This document shows positions 23,812-40,704 of a stretch of 64,000 nucleotides of DNA, piece by piece; the first letter of the stretch is position 1, and the number at the start of each line of letters is the position of its first letter. This DNA comes from Ministeria vibrans ATCC 50519. Its lineage: Eukaryota; Protista; Filasterea. The stretch is taken from contig CALSCP010000335.1 of the NCBI GenBank assembly GCA_943704425.1, forward strand, positions 77,235 to 141,234. The letters are read 5' to 3'. A program made the position numbers and the translations under genes. The notes under the pieces were generated by a model that saw only the letters and a list, made by a program, of their open reading frames with translations, was not told the DNA's origin and did not search any database.

Positions 23812-26375
23812 TTAATCGACTGGAATCGCATTGTCGAGAATCACCACTGCTAGTTGAGTGGGCGTCGACAGAGCAGAGACTGCCACGGGCACACACAGAC
23901 AGTGTTGTTTCGAAAGCGCCCGGGCTGCCTGTGTTGCCAGGTGCGCATGGCCTGCGTCTACACGACAGAGCAGTCGCATGTGCACACAGTCGTCCATGAG
24001 TTGCGTCTGTAGTCGCCTCACACAGTCCCACAGCCGCTCCAGTAACAGCGAACCACACATGTCCAATGTTATGGGATCCATTGAGGTCACAGACAAACAG
24101 TGTGCACCGCATTGCTCCACCACAAGCACAACAGGGCTCAAAGCAACACATACTTCCTCACGCACCCACGCAGGCAATGCGCGTACCACACCAAACCCTC
24201 CGCCACTGACACCACCATCACCATCATCGCTATCGTCATTGTCAGACTCCACCTTGCGCTCGCACTCCATCACCATATGCCACTCCACTTGCGCACCCCG
24301 AGGCAGTCCAGCCACACTGGCAAACACCACAGCCGTTGTTTGCCCATTTTCCCATTCGTTGCTCTCCTTTATACACTCTTTCGCAATCCTTTGCGTTGTG
24401 AGAAAGTGTTGTTAGTGAAATAAGTAATGTGATTTTCAACTTACTCAATGTCTGATTCGGATGTGACAAAGCACAGACACAGAGTCACCACGGGCATTCG
24501 AGGCAGTTTGCTCGCCACAACGTCACGCACGCGCGCACAGTGTCGCAAGGCCAAAAGACCCTCCACAAACACACTAGAAAAATATCAGCACAAGAGAGAG
24601 AGAAAGAGAGAGAAAGAAAATGATAGGGAGAGAGCAGTGATAGAAAAAAGTAATAGTGATGGAAAACAAAAGTGATAAAGTGATGAAGAACAAAACAAAG
24701 TGAAAAATGGAGAACAAAAAGAGATACAACAAAGTGATAAAGTGATGAAGAACAAAACAAAGAGATAGAACAAAGTGATAAAAAACAAAGTGATAGAAAA
24801 CAAACAAATTTATAGAGCACAAAAGAAAGTGATAGAGAACAAAAACAAAAGTGATAACAAAAAGTGATAGAATACAAAGTGATAGAACACAAAGTGATAC
24901 AGAAATAGAAAAATGAATGTGAGTACCTTTCGTTGCATTGGGGAAACTCCATTGTGGCCGGAATAAGCCCAATCTGCCCCGAAAAGTACACTCGCGTGCC
25001 AATCTACATACAAAAAAAAACAAAATTAATCTTACAGTCAACATACAACAAAATATTAATTCTTTTAAATTTGTCTCACTGTGATTGCTTGGCTGTACGG
25101 CCCGATGTTGGCGGGAGCCCAATGAGAGCGACTTTGGACATAGAGTGAGCGACGGAGCGGAAGAGCGATAGACGAACCATCGGAAGAGGAGGCACAGGGA
25201 CGCGCAATCAGATCGAGCTGAATGGCACAAGGGGAGTCGCTCTGGAGCGCAACACACACTCTACAACCACAATGTATGAGTACAATCTCATCATCATAGT
25301 ATAAAAAGGCTACCGTGCGGGTGGGGAGGAGTGGAAAACAGAGGCGTAGAGGCCGTTAATGTGGGCAAAGAGGGACATGTCGGTCACGTAGAGATGCACA
25401 AGCAACACTTGTTCGCATGTGATGTGTTCGCGCGCAAGACAGTCTGATACAGAATTTTTAAAAAAATGCATTAGGCACACAGCAACACGTAAAGTGGTAT
25501 ACCGGAGAGAGCGGAAAAGGCGGATGAAAGATGTTCGACGGAAGAAACAGCAACAGAGAGTGCAAGAGATGATGAGGCATTGCGCACACAGGAGAGCACA
25601 AAGGGTTCTTGTGGCTCTTCTGTTGAGTGGGTTGCAGTTGCTGCACCCACGGCATTTTCCCCCTGAACGCGCTCTTTCCCATTCCACTGCTCAACACACT
25701 CTTCAATCTGAATGAAAATATAAACGTGTGTCTGTGTGAATACATGACACACATGTGCAAAAAATGTGAGTTACAAATCCAGTGACATGAGCATCCGCGC
25801 GAATAAGACGAGTAGTGTGGGCGAGCACCTCCGCGTCGTGCGTCCGCTCAGAAGCACTCTTGGCCTCTACTGTCGCTGCGTGAATCAACAGATGCGCTAC
25901 AGGACACACTGTGTCGTCCGACTCGCTCACAATGTTCCGCTCCCCACTGAAAAGATGAAAGAGTCAGAACAAGCGTAAGTTAAAACCCACACACATAGTT
26001 ATGTGATTACAGAATAATGCGTTGGGTGAAGAAGGGCGCATCGGTCGTGAATGTCTCATATTCGCCTCCTTCGCCGCACTCGTGTACCTCATACATTTGA
26101 TTCTACCAGGCATACCACCAAACGTTAGAGTGTAATTTTCATTTTCACTCTTACCAGTTTCACTAGTGTCTGTTGCATTTCTGCAAGAGACTTTCCCAAA
26201 TGACGGGAAGGTACTAGTCCTACATACGCACACACAACACAGACACACAAAGCGATGAGAGACCACGCACAGACACAAACAGACACATACATACATACAG
26301 ACACACATACAGACACACACACATATACACACAGACAGACAGACCGACAGACAGACAGACAGACATACACACACA

Positions 26376-26416
<41 letters not shown>

Positions 26417-27222
26417 TAAAGTTTGTTTTTCGCACCGGCTGCAGCCACTTTGATGAGAACCGAGTTCATTTCTGCTGTGATCATTTCGTTGAGCAGTTCG
26501 TGTTGGTTCCGCTGCCACAGCCATGCCAGTGAGATTAAGCCCAGTCGTTTACAGCTATTCAAATCGGAGGGTATCATAAGAGAGTGCATAATAAATAATA
26601 ATCATTTCTATTGCTATGGTTGTTCGTACACATGCTCAACGCGGATGCGCTGGTAGTCGGAGAGAATGGCGCCGCTGCACACCGCTTCGACCTGGGGAAA
26701 GTGACGCTAACAGACCGAGTGCATAGTGTTTGAGACACATGAGGAGAAAGGGAGTCTCCCGCGTTTCCCAGTCAGTCCAAACCTTGACATCGCTGAGCAG
26801 CTCGAGCAGATCCTCAACCTCGTCGTCGGCACACACGCTGTACTCCATCGACACAACAGTGGATCGCCCCTGAATCTGCCGACGGACCAGCGGCAGCTCG
26901 GCCGCCTGCGCAATCAGTGCCACTGCCTCGTGCCCCACCGTTTGGTACATGAAGCTGTCGAGTTCGTGCTCTACGCAGCGCACCAATGAGTCGACTGTGC
27001 GCATCTCTCTGTTTCTCGCGCCCTACTTCCACTTTCAGGCTGCAGATTCGCAAAGGCAACCACCTCATGGCCAAGGGCGAGGCATTGGACGACCGAATAA
27101 CAGCTGTCCTTGCCGCCACTACGCAAGACGAGAGAGAGAGAGAGGGAGAGACAGAGAGAGAGAGAGAGTCAGTGACTGAGTGTGAGTGTTGAAACGGACC
27201 TCAGCAACGCAACCACTTTCAT
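23812..27222 (-). CDS. DPH6: Diphthine-ammonia ligase with C-terminal RidA-like domains
   Basis: [81 protein letters not shown]. Confidence 0.95.
24590..24910. repeat. Intronic minisatellite built on ACAAAGTGATA(G)
   Basis: About ten AAGTGAT cores with A-rich spacers inside a DPH6 intron. Confidence 0.85.
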
Positions 27223-27500
27223 CCTTTGTGGCAACAGGCAAGGTTACTTCACACTCCGATAGGCAATAGTCTTATCCTCGCTTGCCTGTCGTCTACTACA
27301 AACAGAAGATCAAAGTGATTCAATAATCAATAGTCATCAATTTTCAAAACCATATCAAAATCAAATTTTCGAATCATTTTTTTTATTCAATCTTTACCGC
27401 GCGTGGCTACCCCTCCACGCTGCGTAACCTCTGACTGAGCTCACTTGAGTTTCACGTTTTATTTTTGTGACATCAATCTGAGCGATAACCAAAAAAAAAA

Positions 27501-30172
<2,672 letters not shown>

Positions 30173-30538
30173 TCGTGTCCTCTTCAGGCCCCATAGACCA
30201 TAGGATATGGTCCCTATGAATTATGATTCTCTTCTCAATACACAATGGTGATTCAAACCTTTCATTTGAAAAAAGTTGTAAAATCGAATGCATAATTAAA
30301 ATATTTTATGATAATGATAAGCAACGACAGCTTGTCAGAGCCCTAGGCCCTTATTTAGCCCCCACTGCCCACTGGGGGTATGGCGTACCATTGCGATCAC
30401 CTCACTGGGTATCAACTGCACTTTTCCTTTTGTTGTAGAGTGGTTGTAGATCCCCTGATGACTATTTCTGAATATTCTTGATTCTTCTCATTTGCAGAAT
30501 TGCTCAATATTTTCATCGACGACGCCTCTCTCATCAAC

Positions 30539-31311
30539 ATGGCTGGACGTAAGCACCCTAATGGGAATGGGATGTGGATCGTCACGGGCGGTCTCGTGTG
30601 TGTGTGTGTGTGTGGCTCTTTCTCTCTGGTTGAGATGTCATAATCCGACTCCACCGCGTTGTTCGCCTCCCCTTCGCTTCCCCCGCCTGCATGCCCCTCC
30701 TGCCGCCCCCACCTGCTGTAGTGGTGGCTACCCATCCAGCTTCTCCCTCTCGCACTGCCACTGTTGCTCTCAAAGGCCCCCAATGCGCCACCACGCGCCA
30801 AAACGTGTTTTTTTTTTTTTTTTTTTTTTTCTCTTGTTACGAAACGTTTAAGTGGTACTATCGTCTTTCCCTACGCCACACCCTCTCGCACGGGCTTGAA
30901 TAGCTCTCTATGGGGGCTGAGCGAGTGGGAATGAGCCTCAGCTTGTCTGCTGGCTCGAAACACGCCACTCATCCCGTCGCAATGAGACGCAGACACAAGG
31001 GCCACCACACACACTAAGCACTCAGCACACACACTTGAACTGCCGTTTCCATCGCATCCATCCGTTTGCTTGACCTGTGCTTGAGCTCACGTCGTCACTG
31101 GAACCTGACCTTATTAATATCACTGTAGAGGGAATAAACATTGCGGATCTGCTGAATGGAGCCAACCCCGAGCTGCTCGCAGCCCTCCAGGTATGCATCC
31201 CCAGCACCCAATGTGTATTCTTGTTTCTTATGTTCTCTCTGTCACACACACACACTCTCTCTATCACTTTGTTTATCTCTCTGACTCTCTCTTTCTCTCT
31301 TCTCTCTCTTC

Positions 31312-31406
<95 letters not shown>

Positions 31407-31424
31407 CTTTGTTTCTCCCTCCTT

Positions 31425-31518
<94 letters not shown>

Positions 31519-33110
31519 AGGCGCAAATGGCCAACACGGACACTGGGTATGTCGACAGCCTGCCCAAGGCTGTGAAACGCCGCATCAAGGCGCTCTTCAG
31601 ACTCCACGTACGATGAGACGCAGACGATATTGGATTGTCGGCTAACTCAAGTCTCATTTTTTTGTATTATATTATTTTTGTGTATTAGGACCAACTGGAG
31701 GAGAGCGAAACAGAGCTCCAGAAGGAAATCATCGAACTTGAGCGCAAGTACGCTAAGATCAACGAACCTCTATTTGCCAAGCGCGCACTGATCACATCGG
31801 GCAAATACGAGCCGACCGATGAGGAATGTGTCTACGAAGGTGCTGACGACGACGAGGACGACGAGGACGATGAAGAATTGACGGTGAGTCAAGCAACAAA
31901 AACCTCATTTATGTATATGAACATCTGTGTGTTAGGACGGTCTGAAGAAGGCGAAAATCACCGAGCTGGACGATGAAGGCAAGGACCAGGAGAAGAAGGA
32001 GGGCGAAGAGGAGGAGGACGAGGAGGAAGCCGTTGGCGTTCCTGAATTTTGGTTCTCGACGCTCAAGAACCACGAACTGTTTGATGAGACAATGCTGGAG
32101 CACGACTACGAGGCTCTTGCCCAGCTGCAGGACATCAAGGTCGAACCTCTGGTCGACAATGCCGGTTTCAAGCTCATCTTTGTCTTTGGCGAAGGTGAGT
32201 GTTTTATATATATATATATATCTCAAATTGTATGGCTGACTCAACGTGTGATGATAGAAAACACTGTCATGGAGGAGAGTGAGCTGGTGAAGACCTACTT
32301 TGTGAACATTGAGAAGGGCGGTGAGCTTATGTACGAGCGATCCGTGGGCTGCTCCATTACATGGAAGGAGGGCAAGAACCCGACGGTACGCGTGCCGAAG
32401 AAACGAAGAAAAGATTATTTTTTTTACTAAAATTTAATTTTTCAATGTCTTTTGTAGGTCAAGACTGTGAAGAAGACTCAGCGACACAAGGGCAAGGGCA
32501 CGACGCGTGTGGTGACGCGCGAAGTGAAGCAGGACTCGTTCTTTTCGTTTTTCTCGCCGCCGAAGCAGCCGGAGCGCAAGGAGGGCGACGACGAGGACGA
32601 CGAGGAGGAAGAGGTTGACGAGGAGACGCAGAGGAAGATTGCGATGGACTATCAGATGGGTGAGGTGCTCAAGGAGCGCATTGTGCCGCACGCCGTCATG
32701 TGGTTTACGGGTCAGGGCGATGACGAGTCGGACGACGACGACGAAGACTACGATGACGAAGACGACGACGAGGACGACGAAGACGATGGCGATGCTGTCC
32801 ACCAAGGTCGTGCCCTCCGACATGTAAGGTTTTTGCGAGCGTAAACGAGGGCGTGTGTCTGTCTTGGTGTGTGTGACTTGGTCGGTGTTTGTGATTCTGT
32901 GGGCATGCGCAGTGTGGCTCAATGTCGCGTGTGGTTTGGTTTGTGTAGGGTCGCCGTGCTCGTGGTGGCGATGACGACGATGACGATGAGGATGATCCTG
33001 AGTTCCAGCCTCCCGTAAGCAACAATCCCACTTGTTTAGTTTGAATATTAATAATAATATAATGGTGTTTTTTGTAGGCTGGTAACCCTCCGGATTGCAA
33101 GCAGCAGTAA
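30539..33110 (+). CDS. NAP1: Nucleosome assembly protein 1
   Basis: [61 protein letters not shown], acidic tail and C-terminal CKQQ*. Confidence 0.96.
31300..31515. repeat. (CT)n microsatellite in a NAP1 intron
   Basis: Direct sequence. Confidence 0.95.
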
Positions 33111-33219
33111 TGCAATTGATTCGAAAGAAACATAGAGAGAAAAAGTGCAACGAGATTTTTTTATTCAAGCGGAAACCAAATTTCAGAGTGAGAGAGAGAC
33201 CGACACGCACATAGAACAA

Positions 33220-36302
<3,083 letters not shown>

Positions 36303-36399
36303 CTCCAATTGAATAGTAAAAATTGTGAAATTTGAAAAAAAATATTTGACATTGACGTTCTGTCGTTCTCGAAATAATTTATTATACTAAATTTTCACA

Positions 36400-38738
36400 A
36401 TGGCCGGACTTTTTGGTGTCCTGGCAGAGGCGAACTTAGATCATCTGTATGACGATCTAAAGGCCCGCGGAGTCTTCACCGTTGACAGCTTGTCTTCTCT
36501 TGATGTCGAGGTTCGTTTTTTCACCGTCTGTTTCAAACACCAGTACACACTTTGAAACATTGCGCTGTCTTTCAGGCGTTCATTCGAAGCGACGACGTGT
36601 ACCTGGACGATGCCGACGAACGAGATCGCTTACGTGACCTTGTGCAGGCACATCGGCCACAGGCGGCTGCTCCAGCGCGTCTTGCACGAAAGGTATCGAC
36701 TGCGTCAACGCACTCCGCGTCGAAGCCATCGTCGTCGTCGCGCGCCGCCTCTGCCGCCTCCACACGCACCACGGGCGCTTCGAAGGCATCCTCCTCCTCG
36801 ACAACGTCTTCCACCGCCGCCACCTTCTCCAGCGCCTCCGCAACAGCCATAGCATCGTCGTCGTCTTCGACACGCTCGTCATCGAAACGCCCCGCACCAA
36901 AACACAGCAACGGACCGCCCACGGCCACGCCCACACCCACAGCAACCCCTAATCGGGGCACCGCGTCATTTTCTCTGTCTGCTTCGGACCGCATCCGTGT
37001 GTGCGTGCGCAAACGCCCGTTACACGCGAACGAAACGGATGCGGGTCAAATTGACATTCTGTCGGTGGACAGTCGCGGTTCACTGCGAGTGTTTGAGCCA
37101 AAAGTCGCCGTCGACTTGCGCTCGTTTACGCAGTCGCATGCCTTTCACTTTGATGAGGCTATAGATGCGGACCAGAGTAACGCGCAGGTGTACGTGCGCA
37201 CGGCAGCTCCTCTGGTGCGTCGCGTGCTTGAAGACGGCTACAAGGCAACCTGTTTCGCCTATGGTCAGACAGGCAGCGGCAAGACGCACACTATGATGGG
37301 CGTGCGTGGCGGCACTGATCCCGGTCTTTATGTGCTTGCGGCACAAGACGTCTTTGCGGGTCTTGCGTCGATTGCGCTTGCTCAACGACCACAAGTCCTA
37401 TGCTCCTTCTACGAGATCTACTGTGGCCAATTGTATGACCTGTTGAATTCACGCGAGAAGCTACACGCGCGCGAAGATGCACATCGTCGTGTGATTGTAC
37501 AAGGGTTGCGTGCGACGCCCGTTGGCAACACAGCCGATTTAATGGCGCTCGTGTCGCACGGGCTTGAGTCGCGCAGTGTTGGCAAGACGGGCGCCAATGC
37601 AGACTCATCGCGCTCCCATGCCATCCTTCAGCTTGAACTGCGAATGCCCACTGGTGCTGCCTTGGCGACCCCTTCCGAAGTGATTGCTGCCAATGTGGCT
37701 CGTGTTGCAGCAGCTTCCGCCGCTTCGGCCCGTCAAAAAACGGGCAAGGGGGGCGGTGGGGGTGGTACCAGTACTCCAAAAGGATCAATGCCGTCGTCAC
37801 GACAGCGTGGTGCTGCGACGCCTGTGACTACGGGAGGGTCGCATGTGCGCACCAGGGGAGGGGCACGCTCGGGCGTGACCAGCCCATCGCCAGGTACATC
37901 CGCGCGTGCCTCGGCTCTGGGTGCGTTCAAGGGACGACTCGTGTTCATTGATTTGGCCGGCAGCGAACGAGCAGCCGACACGACAGGCAACGACCGACAG
38001 ACGCGCAATGAGGGGGCTGAAATTAATACGTCGTTGCTTGCGCTCAAAGAGTGCATCCGTGCACTGGATCAGTCATCGCGTCACACACCGTTTCGTCAGA
38101 GCAAACTCACTCAGGTGCTCAAGGATTCGCTTGTTGGCGCAAAGTGTTGCACTTGTATGATTGCCAATGTGTCGCCCAATCAGTTGTCAAGCGAGCACAC
38201 GCTCAACACCCTGCGCTATGCCGATCGTGTCAAGGAACTGAAAAAGACCAACGACCCCACAGCGACACAGAGTGACGACGTAAGCAAAGTGGTCGAACCA
38301 TCTGTGCCCCCCCAGCACCAGCCCGGTACACCCAGCACGCCTGGCACCAGCGACATTCATGGAGAAGCACCAGCACCAGCAACACCCGACTCGCCATTGC
38401 AAGCACAGTCGCTTGACATGAGCACCGCCGACAGCGTTACTCTCACTCCCACTCCTCACTCTTTTCTCAAAGACGAACTCCCCCCCGCATGCCTCCCTAC
38501 CATCACAACGCCGTCTCTTACCACCGACGACCACCACCGTCTCCTTCAGGCTCATGAGCACCTCCTCCGTGTGCTCGACGAGATCACCGGCCAGGAACTC
38601 GTCCTCGCGCGCAACATGGACAACGGACGTCTCCCGTCCACTGCCGACTTTGTCGCTCAACTAGTCCCGTTGCTCGACCGTAAAATTGCTGCTCTCCAAC
38701 GCACTCGAAGACGTCTCCTCGAAACTTGTCCAGAATGA
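36400..38738 (+). CDS. Kinesin-13, KIF24-like with N-terminal SAM-like domain
   Basis: IRVCVRKRPL, PKVAVDL (KxD finger), FAYGQTGSGKTHTM, SSRSHAI, IDLAGSER, HTPFRQSKLTQVLKDS; first exon MAGLFGVLAEANLDHLYDDL. Confidence 0.92.
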
Positions 38739-38827
38739 AAAAAAATAATAATAATCAAGAGAAGACATCTTTTTTATTTATGATTACAGTTATTCTGTGA
38801 TGTTTGTTTTAAGCAAGCACACAGCGC

Positions 38828-40582
38828 TCACTGCTCAGTGAGAAGACGCCGCAAGAGCGCTTTATCATCGCCACTGAGCAACAGACGACGCGGGTATAGC
38901 ACAGAGAAGCGACACACCAAATCGCCATAGGGCGCACCCACACCTCCACCTCCCGACCCATCAATGTCCATTGCTTCAAGTGAGCTCTCAATCTCCGCTG
39001 GCGGCTGCCACACGGGCATTCCACGTCCCATCAGCCTGCGCTCAGACCCTTCGTGCAACACTTCGCCATCACATACTTCAAGTCGCACACACTCCCCTGA
39101 CAAATGCTCAATCGTCAGTGTAAACCCTGTCAGCGCATCGGCAAGCGTAATCGTCACAGGGTAGATCAGGTCGTTGCCCTCTCGGTGGAACACCGGATGG
39201 GGTAGCTAATGTACGAAGTATGAATTTGTGGCTGTTTGGGTGAATGAGAGTGACAATAACAAACGTACCGTTTTGCAAACAAACACAACATCCTCAGCAA
39301 CTCCGTTCATTCGTTCGTCTCCTTCCCCAGAAAAAAGCTGAAAGCCACACAGAGAGAAAGAGAGAAAGAAAGAGAAAGAGGGGGGAGGGGGGGGGGGAAG
39401 AAAAAGAAACAAAGTGGTGGAAGAGGGAGGAAAAAAGAAACAAAGTGTGTGAGCAAGAGAGATACACACACAAACAGACAAACAAACAGAAAATGAAAGA
39501 TGAGATGAGCGGGTCGTCCGATATGAAGTATGAACAAATTGAAATGATCTCTTACGATTTCATGACCATCGGCCATGCCGGGTTCCACGTCAAATTCGAG
39601 AATGTTCGTGACTGGCATGGTGTTGCCGCTGCCGTCACATAACGTTTTCGTGTGACTAAACTTGCGTCGATCACCTCGATAGAGCTGTTCTAGGGTACAC
39701 TCAAAGGTAATGTGCTGCTGTTTCGGTCGAGTCCCAAGAAACTGCTCCAGATCAGCGCCCAGAATCTGATTAAACAACTATACACCAAACAGAAGAGACG
39801 TACAAACCGAAAACAAAACCATGGAACGTGAGAAAGACCAGCAAGGCTCACACACATACACACCCACACCATCCACACAAGCCTTTGAAACACACACATA
39901 CACACGAGCGCGCACAGATGCACGCAGACACACACACACCAAGACACATGACATGACTGACAGTCCCTCTCCTTACATCCGCCATGTCTACACCAGGCAC
40001 TCCCTGCATTCCTGCCATTCCCGGCGGCATCGACGACGGCATAGACATGTGTGCCTACATTGAAGTGTGTTGGTTGAGAAAATGGTACATGAGCGCAAAC
40101 GAGAGAGTTTGCGAATTTTTTTTTCTCTTTTTTTTTTTTTTTGTGCGTGTCTTCGGGAAAGTTCACTTCCGTCTTCATCGCACGAGTGCTCTGCGCTTCG
40201 TACCGTTGAGGAAACGCTGTTTAACAACTCGGTGTAGGCTTGGTGGATGCGCTGGAACTGCTCGTTCGCCTCCTACGTGCGTCCCACGGCCGTTCGGTGT
40301 TATGTTAGTCCCACACTCAACCTTCCCGAACAAGCAAAAAACAAACTCACCTCACGACTCTGTGGGTTTCGGTCGGGGTGCCACTTTCTCGCTAACGTAA
40401 TATATGCACTGCGTATGTCCTCGTCACTCGCGCTAGAAGGAGCATAGCCAGCGAATCAGCGACAGAGCGGTCACAGTTGGATGAAGCTTCTTTCGGTTTA
40501 GTTCGCGAATATTCGATTCATACCCTTTGTGAATGCCGAGTACCGCGTAGAACTGATCTCGTGTCTCGTCCATGCCCGACAT
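38828..40582 (-). CDS. Class B DnaJ/Hsp40 co-chaperone
   Basis: FYAVLGIHKG|ASDEDIRSAYITLARKWHPDRNP; C-terminal CTLEQLYRG, FHREGNDL, ITLADALTG, GRGMP, GDL. Confidence 0.9.
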
Positions 40583-40704
40583 GATCCAGTCGCTAATGCG
40601 CCAGTCGAATCCTATTCTCTTCTTTTCTGTTCTTCAAAGAAAAAAATTGTGAGTCAGAGAGTGAATATTTTCCAAGATCAATACTATTTTGGAATTTGGT
40701 CTTG

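Noticed and set aside
24590-24910. CRISPR-like repeat/spacer appearance
   Set aside because: Units are too short, spacers are low-complexity, the location is a eukaryotic intron and there are no cas genes
30870-30930. Resemblance of the NAP1 intron element to the 5' half of 5S rRNA (CTACG-CCACACC..GCTGAGC)
   Set aside because: No helix I partner, loop E or internal promoter boxes; the similarity is probably coincidental
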